Source: Nitrospirota bacterium (GTDB lineage Bacteria > Nitrospirota > UBA9217). From it: a stretch of 64,000 nt of DNA. How positions within the stretch are numbered: position 1 is the first letter of the stretch; each line of letters begins with the position of its first letter. This document shows, one piece after another, positions 29,638-39,773 of this stretch. The stretch is taken from assembly GCA_963663225.1 (NCBI GenBank), contig OY760142.1:1856001-1920000 (forward strand), written 5' to 3'. The notes below the pieces were generated by a model. The model saw only the letters and a program-made list of their open reading frames with translations. It had not been told where the DNA came from and did not search any database. A program made the translations under genes and the position numbers.

Positions 29638-30618
29638 ATGAAAAAAAACTTTTTTTCTCGATTATTTACCGGTATGCAATTCTTGTTTTTCGCACTGTCT
29701 TTAGCTGGATGCGGCGGTAGCAGCGGCAGTGATAACAGCTTCCTCAATATATATGCGGCAACGCAGGGTGGGTTGTCCATCTCGCTGGATGGTGGAGCAA
29801 CCTTTGTCAACCGGACAACCGCACATGGATTGGGCAATAACAGCATAGGGGGCGTAACTATATCGGGTTCCACGATCTACGCCGCAACCCAGGGCGGGTT
29901 GTCCATCTCGACCAACGGTGGTTCGGTTTTTACCAACCGAACAACCACGAACGGACTCGGGAGCAACATTGTGCACAATGTTTTTGTGTCAAATTCCATT
30001 ATTTACGCGGCGACTCTCGGCGGGCTGTCCATCTCGACCAACGGCGGTACGACCTTTACCAACTATACAACAGCCAACGGTCTGGGAAATAACGAAGTCC
30101 AAAGTGTTTTTGTGTCTGGGGCAGCTGTTTACGCGGCGACTGATGAAGGTTTATCCATCTCGACCAATGGCGGCATGTCGTTTACCAACTATACAACAAC
30201 AAGCGGTCTGGGAAGTAATTATGTTTATGACGTTTATATCTCTGGTTCCACCATTTACGCGGCGACTGACGCCGGGCTGTCCATTGCAGCCAGCGGCAGC
30301 ACAACGTTTACCAATCACACAACTGGATTGGGCAGTAATTTGGTACATGGCGTTTTTGTGTCCGGTTCCTCCGTTTATGCGGCAACGTACGGCGGGCTGT
30401 CTATTTCCACGAACGACGGCACGACATTCACCAACTATACCACCGCAAACGGGTTGGGAAGCAATGTCGTGGAGAGTGTCTTTGTGTCCGGGTCAACTAT
30501 ATACGCGGCAACTACCGGCGGATTATCCATTTCTACGAACGGCGGTACGACATTCACAAACTACACCACTGCTAACGGATTAGGGAACAATATAGTATGG
30601 GAAATATATGCCCGATAG
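29638..30618 (+). CDS. Lipoprotein with seven ~42-aa repeats (probable beta-propeller)
   Basis: Lipobox LAGC; IYAATxGGLSISTNGGxTFTNYTTANGLGxNxVxxVFVSG repeats. Confidence 0.88.
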   Translation: MKKNFFSRLFTGMQFLFFALSLAGCGGSSGSDNSFLNIYAATQGGLSISLDGGATFVNRTTAHGLGNNSIGGVTISGSTIYAATQGGLSISTNGGSVFTNRTTTNGLGSNIVHNVFVSNSIIYAATLGGLSISTNGGTTFTNYTTANGLGNNEVQSVFVSGAAVYAATDEGLSISTNGGMSFTNYTTTSGLGSNYVYDVYISGSTIYAATDAGLSIAASGSTTFTNHTTGLGSNLVHGVFVSGSSVYAATYGGLSISTNDGTTFTNYTTANGLGSNVVESVFVSGSTIYAATTGGLSISTNGGTTFTNYTTANGLGNNIVWEIYAR

Positions 30619-30790
30619 GTTGCCTCGATTTCCATAACAATATCCACATAAAACGCGTCAGCATCTACTATAATTATAGAAAGTAAAGCATGTCTGGAAT
30701 TGACATCCCGATTGGGGAAAGCTGCAGTAATTCTGCTGATTAAGCCGACAGGCAGGGAGCAGTTTCGCCTGCTCCTTGAGGGGGGGGAGG

Positions 30791-31030
30791 ATGGGAGATT
30801 GCCCGATGATAAGTGCGTGTATTTTTTTTAAAGATCAAATGACTTTGCTGCCGGATATAGTAATAGTCATGAAAGACAAATATTGCAGAAATAATTTTGA
30901 GTCTTGTGCGCGATATATCGTAAACACGGCACTGGGCAAAGGGAACGTGCCGAACACATTGTATCCGTTTGAAATCTCAAAAGTTGAAGGAATTATTGCT
31001 GATTCTAAAACAAAGCCTCCCCGCGAATAG
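30791..31030 (+). CDS. Small Cys-containing hypothetical protein
   Basis: G-rich RBS; CPxxxxCIFF..YC..CARY..VP..LYP pattern. Confidence 0.7.
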   Translation: MGDCPMISACIFFKDQMTLLPDIVIVMKDKYCRNNFESCARYIVNTALGKGNVPNTLYPFEISKVEGIIADSKTKPPRE

Positions 31031-31043
31031 CAGATGAGCCCGA

Positions 31044-32003
31044 TCAGCTCTGGCAGGAGGTTTTTGCATAATCCGGAAACTTCCATGCATATATTTTTGC
31101 CGTCAGGGCGGCGAACGGCTGCTGAAAAAGCATGGCAAGCGCGATGGGGATGGCCGTCTCCGGGGGAAAGTAGCTGGTGGCAATGACAAGACCCATCGCG
31201 ATGTTTCTCATGCCGGCATTGTAGATGATCGAAAGAGTTGTCGGATGGTCGGTCCGGATTATTTTCCCCGCCGTGTATCCCACAAAATAGCCAATGGCCA
31301 CGATAAGGCCGGTAACAAGTAAAATCCTTACGATAAAAAAACTCCATATAATCGAGGTGGAAACAAACGCAGCATTCAGGAAGATGATGCCGAAAAGGGA
31401 AAAACGGGACAGAATGCCGCCGGCACCTTCGGCAAAAGGTGCAGTTTTTCCTTTTGATAAATCATGAGCCAGCATCCCGAGCAGGCTCGGCAGGGTGACC
31501 ATGATCAGCAAATCAATGATCATGGCGGTATAATCGATGCTGACGGAGACCCCGGCGATAAAAAAGATGAACACCGGCAGCAGGACCGGAGCGATCATGG
31601 TGTCCAGCGTGACCGTGACCAGCGAAACCGGGACGTTTCCTTTCACGATGGAGGTCCACACGACAGAGGTGACGCCCACCGGTATCGCGGCGCTGATCAG
31701 ATACCCGATCCGGATCAGGTGGTGATCGGAGAAAAAAAGAAGGCCTATTATCCAGGCGGTAAGGGGGGTCGCAACATGCACAACGCACAGAATATACAAG
31801 GGGATTTTCGGATTGCGGGAGATGGTGAAAAACTCACGAAGACTGATCCCGAGCGATGTGAAGAATGTCATGCAGGTGAACAGCGCAATAATAATATTTT
31901 TGAGAAACGGAGTCGGCGTGAGTGGGAAAAAATATCCGCACACAAGGATAAATAAAACGGACTGGAAAATATGCCGGTTGAGCCAGGTATTGGCTTTTTT
32001 CAT
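31044..32003 (-). CDS. Bile acid:sodium symporter (BASS) family transporter
   Basis: Multi-TM; PVGVTSVVWT, GNVPVS, GMRN motifs. Confidence 0.88.
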   Translation of the reverse strand: MKKANTWLNRHIFQSVLFILVCGYFFPLTPTPFLKNIIIALFTCMTFFTSLGISLREFFTISRNPKIPLYILCVVHVATPLTAWIIGLLFFSDHHLIRIGYLISAAIPVGVTSVVWTSIVKGNVPVSLVTVTLDTMIAPVLLPVFIFFIAGVSVSIDYTAMIIDLLIMVTLPSLLGMLAHDLSKGKTAPFAEGAGGILSRFSLFGIIFLNAAFVSTSIIWSFFIVRILLVTGLIVAIGYFVGYTAGKIIRTDHPTTLSIIYNAGMRNIAMGLVIATSYFPPETAIPIALAMLFQQPFAALTAKIYAWKFPDYAKTSCQS

Positions 32004-32109
32004 GGCTGCTGTTTGCTCAATCTGAAGAACATACGATTATGCGCATCAGATGCTTTCTGAATGCCTTCTCGATGAGCTGCTTGCGCAGGATGTCTCTCCT
32101 GTCACGTTT

Positions 32110-33411
32110 TTAGTATGACCGCGCATCAAAGATGCGCTTTGTCTTTTTTCCCGACCTCGGCAAACTGCCGTAAGGCGCAATCTCAACCGCGCTCGAAACC
32201 ATAAGAATGTGTTTCAATTTTCTGGCAATAGCCTCGGACAAGGTCTTGTCGGTGATTTCGTGACCGTTGGCGCCGCGCTCCACTTTGATCGTCATGTAAT
32301 CTTTCCCGTCGTCGCGCCGTTCAAGGTGAATCTGATATTCGCTGCCTGTTCCGTTGATGCCGGACAATATCTCATCAATCTGCCCTGGATACACATTTAC
32401 ACCCCTCAGGATAAACATGTCATCCGACCTGCCGAGTATCTTGTCGTGCCGCGGCAGGCCGCATCCACAAGGGCAATCGTCGTTGAGCAGTCTGGTCAGG
32501 TCGCGTGAACGGTAGCGGATAAGCGGTGATCCTTCTTTGCAGAGGGTGGTGAAGACCATTTCGCCGATTTCACCCGGCGCTACCGGGTGCAGGGTTTCCG
32601 GGTTCAGTATTTCCAGAATATAAAAATCCGCCCAGTAATGAATCCCGGTGTTATACGTGCAGCTCAAACCGGTCCCCGGACCGTACAGCTCGGTGAGGCC
32701 GGTGATGTCATACACTTCTTCGATGCCCAGCAGGTCCTTGATGGTCCTGATCATGCTGTCGCTTGCACGCTCCGCTCCCAGGATCACTTTTCTGAGTCGG
32801 ATTTTTTCCCGCAGACCAAGACGATGAACTTCTTCCGCGAGGAGAAGCGCCATTGATGCAGTTGAGCAAACGACCGTAGTCTGCATATCGACCAGAAAAG
32901 TGCACTGCATTTCCATATTGCCGGGACCGATGGGAATGGCGAGAGCGCCGAACCGTTCGCATCCGTTCTGAAAGCCGACCCCGGCGGTCCAGAGGCCGTA
33001 GCCGACGCATATCTGTATACGGTCCTCCTGCGTCACGCCGGCCATTTCATAGCACCTGCCGAACATGTACGCCCAATCGTCAATGTCCTTCTGCGTATAG
33101 CAGAGAACCTTCCGTTTTCCGGTTGTGCCGGAGGAGGAGTGTATTCTCACAATCTCACTGAAATCAGCGGCCCGGAGCGGAAATGGATAATCATTTCTCA
33201 GATCATCCGCACTGGTAAAAGGCAGTTTTCCGATATCTTCGAGCGTACGGATATCTTCGGGCCGGACATCTGCTGCTTTCATGCGGTCGCGATAGAAATC
33301 CGAGCGGGAATATGCACGGGAGACCGTCCATTGCAGCCCCTTCAGCTGGTGCTCACGAAGTCCCGCCGGTGTATCAGCTTTTGATGGAAACCTTTTTAAA
33401 GAGCCACTCAT
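32110..33411 (-). CDS. paaK: Phenylacetate-CoA ligase family
   Basis: HSSSGTTGK, YGLWTAG, GLTELYGPG, IRYRSRD, GRSDDM, GVNVYP. Confidence 0.88.
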   Translation of the reverse strand: MSGSLKRFPSKADTPAGLREHQLKGLQWTVSRAYSRSDFYRDRMKAADVRPEDIRTLEDIGKLPFTSADDLRNDYPFPLRAADFSEIVRIHSSSGTTGKRKVLCYTQKDIDDWAYMFGRCYEMAGVTQEDRIQICVGYGLWTAGVGFQNGCERFGALAIPIGPGNMEMQCTFLVDMQTTVVCSTASMALLLAEEVHRLGLREKIRLRKVILGAERASDSMIRTIKDLLGIEEVYDITGLTELYGPGTGLSCTYNTGIHYWADFYILEILNPETLHPVAPGEIGEMVFTTLCKEGSPLIRYRSRDLTRLLNDDCPCGCGLPRHDKILGRSDDMFILRGVNVYPGQIDEILSGINGTGSEYQIHLERRDDGKDYMTIKVERGANGHEITDKTLSEAIARKLKHILMVSSAVEIAPYGSLPRSGKKTKRIFDARSY

Positions 33412-33974
33412 GGATTGCTAATTGTCCTTTCGCCGCAGCGGACGCCATGCTCAAACGCTGAAAGAGATGCAGCGAGAAGCTTATCGCGTCCGGATAGTTT
33501 CTGTTTTAAGACTGCTCTGATGTCATCAGCGTTGCAGAAGAATGTTCTGCCGTTTCGCGTGAGGCGGGAAACGGCAAACCCTGTGAGAATAAGGTTTGCT
33601 GCCCGGTTCTGTCCGATTTCACGGGCGGCCGCATCCGCGTCCATCCAGTGCGATTCGGCGGCCGCAATGGCTGATGAAGCATTGGTAATGATGATGCCTC
33701 CCGGCTTCAGATAGGGGCCGTGAATGGCCAGATTACCTTGCTTGAGCAGAATCAGGATGTCCGCCATGCCCGGCTTCACAAGAGGACTCGTAAAATCGCC
33801 TATCTTAAGGTGTGAAACAACTATGCCCCCGCGCTGCGCCATACCGTGCGTTTCCGCTGTCAATATTCTCTGCCCCCGGTAAACAGCTGTTTCGGCAAGC
33901 AACCGTGTAATAAACAGGATACCCTGACCGCCTACTCCGCTTAAAACGATCTGGTATTTTTCCGAACCCGCCAT
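33408..33974 (-). CDS. iorB: Indolepyruvate:ferredoxin oxidoreductase beta subunit
   Basis: GVGGQG, ETHGMAQRGG; ATG 33974 coupled to iorA stop. Confidence 0.9.
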   Translation of the reverse strand: MAGSEKYQIVLSGVGGQGILFITRLLAETAVYRGQRILTAETHGMAQRGGIVVSHLKIGDFTSPLVKPGMADILILLKQGNLAIHGPYLKPGGIIITNASSAIAAAESHWMDADAAAREIGQNRAANLILTGFAVSRLTRNGRTFFCNADDIRAVLKQKLSGRDKLLAASLSAFEHGVRCGERTISNP

Positions 33975-35791
33975 TAATCCTCCCCGCGTTTTATTGCGCC
34001 TTTGGGACACGCATGAATACAAACCCCGCACCCTGCGCATGCTCCGTCATTGATGACGGCCCGTTTCCCGGCTGTATCGTACTCTATGGCAGGGCATTCG
34101 AACTGTTTGATGCAATAGGCGCAGCCGTCGCACGAATCAGATATGTACACGCGTATGCGTTTGCGCCTTGCATCATCGCTTTCTTTGTTCACGAGACAGG
34201 GATAACGGGCGATCACGACGGCAACGCCGTTATTCCTTGTGAAAGAATCCGCTTCCTTCAGGATTTCAACAAATGCAGGCAGGTCATAAGGATTGCCGAC
34301 GCGGCAGAATCGGATGCCGCAGCCTTTGACAATGTCTTCGATAGAAAGTTTCGGCATCTGGTCGCCACAGGCGTCCACGCCTGCGGCGGGCGTGGGCTGG
34401 TTTCCGGTCATGGCGGTCGTTGCATTATCGAGGACCACCAGCACAAAACGCGCATCCTGGGTCACTGCGTCCATGAGCGGCGGCACCCCGGAATGGAAAA
34501 AGGTCGAGTCTCCGATCGTGGCCACAACGTCTTTATGAATGCCGCTCTGTCTGAACGCCTGATAAAAACCGGACGCCTGGCTGATCGACGCGCCCATGCA
34601 GAGAACGGTGTCGATAGCGCCGAGGTTCAGCCCGAGCGTATAACATCCTATGTCGCTGGTATAAATGGCTTCAGGGAAAGTTTTTTTAATCGCAAAAAAG
34701 CTGGCGCGATGAGGGCAACCTGCGCAGAGACACGGTCTTTTTCCACCTGCGTCAGATGCGGCCGGTGCGGATTTTTGCGGCGACCCATGAAAACGGTTTA
34801 TTGCGTCCTCGATTATTTCGGGCAGTAATTCGCCCGCCTGAGGTATCCGGCCGTTGAGCCGTCCTTTTACCAGATGCCGGTCCGCGATCTGCATCTCGAT
34901 GACCGGCGCGTTCTCTTCAATGATCAGAACTTCATCGTACGTGTTCAGCAGGTTTTCGATAAATGCCGTATGGAGCGGAAAGGGTTGCACAACCTGCCAT
35001 ACGGCAATACTGTCCGTAATCCCCAGGTTCGCCACGATCTCGCTGGCATGGGCATATGCAACACCTGAGGCCACGATGGCTTTTGACGCATTGACTCCCG
35101 GATTCAAAAGACGCGGAGCTGTTGGCGCATAGGCCGCAATCCCGGACAATTTTTCGTTCAGTTTTTTATGCAGGGTATAGCGGAATTTTGGTGTTGCGGC
35201 CCATCTGGCCGGATCCCGCTTGAGGTAAGCGGTGCGACGCATGTCGTTGATGTCTTTCAGCTCGACGTCCTGTCCGCCGTGGCAGACCCTCGTGGTCGGC
35301 CTGAGCATGACCGGGACTTCATAGGTCTCTGAAAGCTCATAGGCCAGGGCGACAAAATCCCGTGCCTGCTCAGGATTGCAGGGATCCAGGACCGGTACTT
35401 TTGCGAACAAGGCCATCAAACGGCTGTCCTGCTCGGTTTGGGAAGAGTGAGGGCCCGGATCGTCCGCGCTGATGACGATAAATCCGCCTTTCACGCCCAT
35501 GTATGCCGCGCTCATAAAAGGATCGGACGCGACATTAAGCCCCACCTGCTTCATGCTGACCGCGGTGCGAAGACCAGCAATGCTGCCGGCATAAGCGGTT
35601 TCCAGCGCAGTCTTCTCGTTCAGAGTCCAGCGGACATGAATGTTCAGGGAAAGTTTGTCACGCCACGAGACAACAGCGGGAAGAATTTCCGACGCAGGCG
35701 TGCCGGGGTAGGAAAGGGCCATGGAACAGCCGTTCTCCACAAGCCCCCTGGCAATGGCTTCATTGCCTATCATAAGCAAACGAGTATTCAT
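33974..35791 (-). CDS. iorA: Indolepyruvate:ferredoxin oxidoreductase alpha subunit
   Basis: GNEAIARG, YPGTPASE, MKQVGLNVA, CAGCPH, DIGCY, GDSTF, C-terminal ferredoxin motifs. Confidence 0.93.
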   Translation of the reverse strand: MNTRLLMIGNEAIARGLVENGCSMALSYPGTPASEILPAVVSWRDKLSLNIHVRWTLNEKTALETAYAGSIAGLRTAVSMKQVGLNVASDPFMSAAYMGVKGGFIVISADDPGPHSSQTEQDSRLMALFAKVPVLDPCNPEQARDFVALAYELSETYEVPVMLRPTTRVCHGGQDVELKDINDMRRTAYLKRDPARWAATPKFRYTLHKKLNEKLSGIAAYAPTAPRLLNPGVNASKAIVASGVAYAHASEIVANLGITDSIAVWQVVQPFPLHTAFIENLLNTYDEVLIIEENAPVIEMQIADRHLVKGRLNGRIPQAGELLPEIIEDAINRFHGSPQKSAPAASDAGGKRPCLCAGCPHRASFFAIKKTFPEAIYTSDIGCYTLGLNLGAIDTVLCMGASISQASGFYQAFRQSGIHKDVVATIGDSTFFHSGVPPLMDAVTQDARFVLVVLDNATTAMTGNQPTPAAGVDACGDQMPKLSIEDIVKGCGIRFCRVGNPYDLPAFVEILKEADSFTRNNGVAVVIARYPCLVNKESDDARRKRIRVYISDSCDGCAYCIKQFECPAIEYDTAGKRAVINDGACAGCGVCIHACPKGAIKRGED

Positions 35792-36085
35792 TACTGCCTC
35801 TTTTCCGGGCTGGATTTCCGCACAAAAATAATATATTAAGCCGAGGGGAAATGATATGTCAAGTAATAAGAAATGATTGTATAGGCGGAAAACATATCGC
35901 AAACGCTTCAGTGGCAAGAGAAAACAGAAGCTGGGAGCGAATGCAGGCCATTTAAAAAAACGCACGATCCTTGATTTTTTGTAAATTCTATACTATCGTA
36001 TTTCCAGAAGCTTTTCCGGTGCGCGGCATTTCAGCAATCACCTGCTTGCATAAATCCATAACGCTGTTTTATCAGGAGGCTGTCC

Positions 36086-36274
36086 ATGGCAAAACGACCG
36101 GTTGTAGATGAAGACCTGTGCATAGGCTGCGGCCACTGCGCGGAAGTGTGCCCCAAGGTGTTCGAGATAGTGAACGACAAGTCCACCGTAATCGGACCGG
36201 ACCAGTGCGCAACCTGCAATTGCCAGGAGGCAATTGACAGCTGCCCGGTCCAGGCGATCAGGTGGGAAGAATAA
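36086..36274 (+). CDS. Ferredoxin
   Basis: AGGAGG RBS; CIGCGHC..CP and CPVQAI. Confidence 0.92.
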   Translation: MAKRPVVDEDLCIGCGHCAEVCPKVFEIVNDKSTVIGPDQCATCNCQEAIDSCPVQAIRWEE

Positions 36275-36296
36275 CAAGAAGTCTGACCAGAGTCGC

Positions 36297-36680
36297 ATGT
36301 TCAAGCCGTTGATCATTTTCTGTTTGATCGTCTGCGTATTGCTGATCACCACCTGTGCCATGGCGCCGCTCAGAAAAGAGCGGAGGGATATCAGCACGCT
36401 TCCCGACGGAGTCTACGCGGGAAGCGCCAGCAACTGGCCGAACAAGGCGGAAGTGCGGGTGACGATGCGGGAAGGCAGGATCATCGATATTACCGTGGTG
36501 CGTTACTGGGCGTCGTGGATTGGCAGGAAGGCCGTGCCGGTGATTCCCCAGAGAATCATCGACAAACAGTCGGCAGACGTGGACGCGGTGACCGGGGCTA
36601 CGAACAGCAGCAGAGTGATCATGCGTGCAGTGGATGATGCGCTGGAACGGGGCGGACTGAAGCTCGGGGAGACACCCTAG
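36297..36680 (+). CDS. Extracytoplasmic FMN-binding domain protein
   Basis: Signal/TM segment; DGVYAG; VDAVTGATNSS flavinylation motif. Confidence 0.85.
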   Translation: MFKPLIIFCLIVCVLLITTCAMAPLRKERRDISTLPDGVYAGSASNWPNKAEVRVTMREGRIIDITVVRYWASWIGRKAVPVIPQRIIDKQSADVDAVTGATNSSRVIMRAVDDALERGGLKLGETP

Positions 36681-36924
36681 CAGGAAAAAGAGCGGACTTT
36701 AACCGTAAACGGTACTGATGAAGCATGCAGGGATAGGGCCAATATACACTTGCGCCATCGGCCATAAGGATGAAATAATAATTCTTGACATTCAAGGGCA
36801 GAAGTGAGATGTTATACGCAGAAGTTCCGGATGTTCTTGTAGGGAAACCGCAAAGACAGATAGACTTTGCGGCTTTTTTTTGTCCTTTTCCGTCGCTTCA
36901 ATTCACTAGAGGAGGTAGCTCATC

Positions 36925-37125
36925 ATGGAGACAGGTTCAGTAAAGTGGTTCAATGATTCCAAAGGGTTTGGATTCATTACCCGTGAAAAAGGCGGCGACG
37001 TGTTCGTTCATTTTGGCGACATACAGGACAGTGGTTTCAAATCATTGTCCGAAGGTCAACAAGTGCAGTTCGATGTCGTTGACTCGCCGAAAGGCCCCAA
37101 GGCAGCAAATGTTATAAAGCTTTAA
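36925..37125 (+). CDS. Cold-shock protein
   Basis: [21 protein letters not shown]. Confidence 0.96.
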   Translation: METGSVKWFNDSKGFGFITREKGGDVFVHFGDIQDSGFKSLSEGQQVQFDVVDSPKGPKAANVIKL

Positions 37126-37144
37126 TTGATCTTTTGCAGTATTG

Positions 37145-37176
37145 CAGGCCCTGTGTATTCAGGGCCTGTTTTTTTT
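37145..37176 (+). terminator. Rho-independent terminator after csp
   Basis: CAGGCCCTG / CAGGGCCTG stem followed by T8. Confidence 0.85.
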
Positions 37177-37205
37177 GCAGAGGTCCCCAGGAAGAAAGGA
37201 GTATC

Positions 37206-37586
37206 ATGCGAGCAAAAATATCGTATAAGGAGAAATTGGGCATCGAAAAAGCCGCCCTGGTCGCCGCTGGTCTTATCTCAGAGCGTCACGCAGGGATCAC
37301 GGGCATCGAATTTCATATGACGTATTATAAAAGCGGGCAGAACACGGTGCTCATGAAACGCACGCTCAACTTCACCCCCCGTGACTATGCTGATTTCAAT
37401 CTGAAATGCACGGAGTATGGATGTACAGATGGGGGATTCAATCTCGGTCCTGTGGTTGCTGATTTGGTCGAACATCGCAAGAGATCGTGCAAGGGTAAGA
37501 TTTTTTGCCGCGGCACGAATTATCCCAGAGGACATGCCAGCATAGATTACGAAGTCAGTATCCAGTACGGCAAGCAGGAGAGATAG
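37206..37586 (+). CDS. Hypothetical protein
   Basis: AAGGAG RBS, ATG 37206; CxxxxCxxGGF and distal Cys/His. Confidence 0.7.
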   Translation: MRAKISYKEKLGIEKAALVAAGLISERHAGITGIEFHMTYYKSGQNTVLMKRTLNFTPRDYADFNLKCTEYGCTDGGFNLGPVVADLVEHRKRSCKGKIFCRGTNYPRGHASIDYEVSIQYGKQER

Positions 37587-37609
37587 AAGTCCTACAAGAT
37601 AGATATACA

Positions 37610-37641
37610 AAAAAAGAGCAGACCGTAAAATTGGCCTGCTC
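37610..37641 (-). terminator. Terminator after hsp20
   Basis: Minus strand GAGCAGGCC..GGTCTGCTC followed by T tract. Confidence 0.7.
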
Positions 37642-37654
37642 CAGAACGTTCTTT

Positions 37655-38170
37655 CTATGCGGCCTTCTTTGATTCGGACGCGATCTGCTTCTTCTCTTCC
37701 TTTGCAGCCTCAATATGAACCTTCCGGGCCGCGGACATCGCCGGTGCAGGCACCGTGATCTCAAGGATCCCGTTCGAGAATTTGGCCTTCAGATCATCGG
37801 TTTTTATGCCCTCGGGCAGGGCAAAACGCCGTTCAAATGAGCCGTAGTTGATCTCCCGATGGATGTAGTTTTCTTCCCGGGTGTCCTTCTCAGCCTTCCG
37901 TTCTCCCCTGATGATCAGTTCCCGGTCAGTGATGCTGACGTCCAGGTCCTTCGGGTCCACACCCGGCAGCTCAGCTTTAAACACGAGCTGATTGTCCTTG
38001 GTGTAGCTTTCCACTGAAGGCATCCAGAGCATCGGATGTTCGGCAATTGCCCGTGATCCGAGCATCCGGTCAAACAACCGGTCCATCTCGTGCTGCATCG
38101 AGCGAAGCTCATCAAACGGATCCCACCGTTTCATCGTCCGGAAAGGATCCCACCGTGTCAGGCTTTTCAT
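37655..38170 (-). CDS. Hsp20/alpha-crystallin small heat shock protein
   Basis: AELPGV, IRGERK, YGSFERRFALP, FSNGILEI; ATG 38170 after GGAGG. Confidence 0.93.
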   Translation of the reverse strand: MKSLTRWDPFRTMKRWDPFDELRSMQHEMDRLFDRMLGSRAIAEHPMLWMPSVESYTKDNQLVFKAELPGVDPKDLDVSITDRELIIRGERKAEKDTREENYIHREINYGSFERRFALPEGIKTDDLKAKFSNGILEITVPAPAMSAARKVHIEAAKEEKKQIASESKKAA

Positions 38171-38591
38171 AGAAATCCCTCCTTCCAATGTGAATTTTAG
38201 GCCTAGGCATCGGAGCCTTTACTTTACCACGCTTTCGCGGTTTTGGGCCGGTGATGCCCTTCAATACCCTGACGGCCATACTGCATTTTTAAACTGCAAA
38301 ATCCTCACGTGTGTTCACCTCCTGTGTATTTTCTAGTTTAACTATACTGCCGGATACAGGGTATGTCAAATTGATCATCGGTTGCGCAAAAAAGTATTAT
38401 CTAAAAAAACGCACGAAAACCGACGTATTAAAACAGAAACCATTTATTACAGATAATTCCTGGTTTTTGGATGCCTTGCGGCAGCAAATACGAAATACAA
38501 GGACAAAGAATTGAAAAATTGGTGCAACTTTTTTATTCCGGCAACTTGACAAACAACAAACCACCTACTAATCTTAAGAATAATTACTGAT

Positions 38592-38984
38592 ATGTTCCCT
38601 ATCAGACGGTACAGCAAGCAGCGTCAGAAAATTTTTGAGCTCATCAAGATGAGCAGATCGCACCCTACGGCGCAATGGCTGTATGGCGCCCTGAAAAAAG
38701 TCGCACCGTCCATAAGCTTGGGTACTGTTTACAGAAATATCCACATCCTCGTAGAAGAAGGAAAAATAACAGGCAGGGCATATGGCGGCGGTACTGAACA
38801 CTACGACGCCATAAGAGATGTTCATTATCATTTTATCTGCAGCAGCTGCGGTGCCGTCAGTGATTTTCCGATGCCCGTCAAGGAGGTGATTACGAGAGAA
38901 GCACAGAAAATTTCCACTCACTCTATTTCAGGCCACACTATTCAATTCCACGGAATATGCGAACAATACAGAAAACAGGCTTGA
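38592..38984 (+). CDS. Fur/PerR family transcriptional regulator
   Basis: HPTA, SLGTVYRN, HYHFICSSC, FHGIC. Confidence 0.9.
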   Translation: MFPIRRYSKQRQKIFELIKMSRSHPTAQWLYGALKKVAPSISLGTVYRNIHILVEEGKITGRAYGGGTEHYDAIRDVHYHFICSSCGAVSDFPMPVKEVITREAQKISTHSISGHTIQFHGICEQYRKQA

Positions 38985-39017
38985 ATATAACAGAACAAAA
39001 ATCGAAAGGAGAACGGA

Positions 39018-39491
39018 ATGAAAGGTAACGAAAAGCTAATCGAAACACTCAACTCGCTTCTTGCAGACGAGTTGACGGCAATCAATCAGTACATGGTGCA
39101 TTCTGAGATGTGCGCGAACTGGGGTTATGAAAAGCTCCATAAACATTTTGAAAAACGGGCGATTGTCGAAATGAAACACGCGGAAAGCCTGATCGGGCGC
39201 ATTCTTTTCCTTGAAGGAATACCCACGGTCACCAATTTGAAAAAAATAGCGATCGGCGATGTCGTTCCGAAGCAGCTCGCGAACGATCATGCAGCCGAGG
39301 AAGGCGCCATCAAAGCGTATAATGACGCCATCGTGCTTGCCGGAGAAGTCCGCGACCATGCGACACGGGACATGTTGCAGCAGATTCTGAACGACGAAGA
39401 CGGTCATCTCGATGAAATCGAGGAATTGCAGGACCAGATAAACCAGATGTCGTTGCAGATTTTCCTGACGACGCAGGTAAAAGAAAAGTAA
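39018..39491 (+). CDS. bfr: Bacterioferritin
   Basis: MKG.., DELTAINQY, EMKHA, RILFLEG, DEDGH. Confidence 0.92.
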   Translation: MKGNEKLIETLNSLLADELTAINQYMVHSEMCANWGYEKLHKHFEKRAIVEMKHAESLIGRILFLEGIPTVTNLKKIAIGDVVPKQLANDHAAEEGAIKAYNDAIVLAGEVRDHATRDMLQQILNDEDGHLDEIEELQDQINQMSLQIFLTTQVKEK

Positions 39492-39495
39492 AGTT

Positions 39496-39529
39496 TTTTC
39501 CTCTCCCGGCAATTGCCGGGAGAGGAAAA
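39496..39529. terminator. Perfect 34-bp palindrome after bfr (terminator-like or stabilising hairpin)
   Basis: TTTTCCTCTCCCGGCAATTGCCGGGAGAGGAAAA. Confidence 0.55.
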
Positions 39530-39773
39530 CCGGCTCTTCAGAGAACGGGAGATTGGCATTTTTTGTGCGGCATGAATCGCGTCCCTGGTGCCTGTTTCCC
39601 TGCTGCTCCGATATGAATCCCATCCGCAAGACTCCCCGTCCGTCTCCGCATTATTTCATCAAAAACATTGCCTTCGCAAATGTTCTTCGCTACAATACCG
39701 TATTAAAAAGTCATTATTCACGATTCGCACGTCGGTGCAAAAAAAGCGAAGTCCATATCCGGAAAGGGTTTCC

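Noticed and set aside
29740-30600. Regular DNA repeats as a CRISPR array or DGR
   Set aside because: 126-bp in-frame coding repeats with synonymous variation; no spacers, cas genes or reverse transcriptase
38570-38592. PerR/Fur box upstream of the regulator
   Set aside because: AT-rich with only a partial match to consensus; not distinguishable from background by eye
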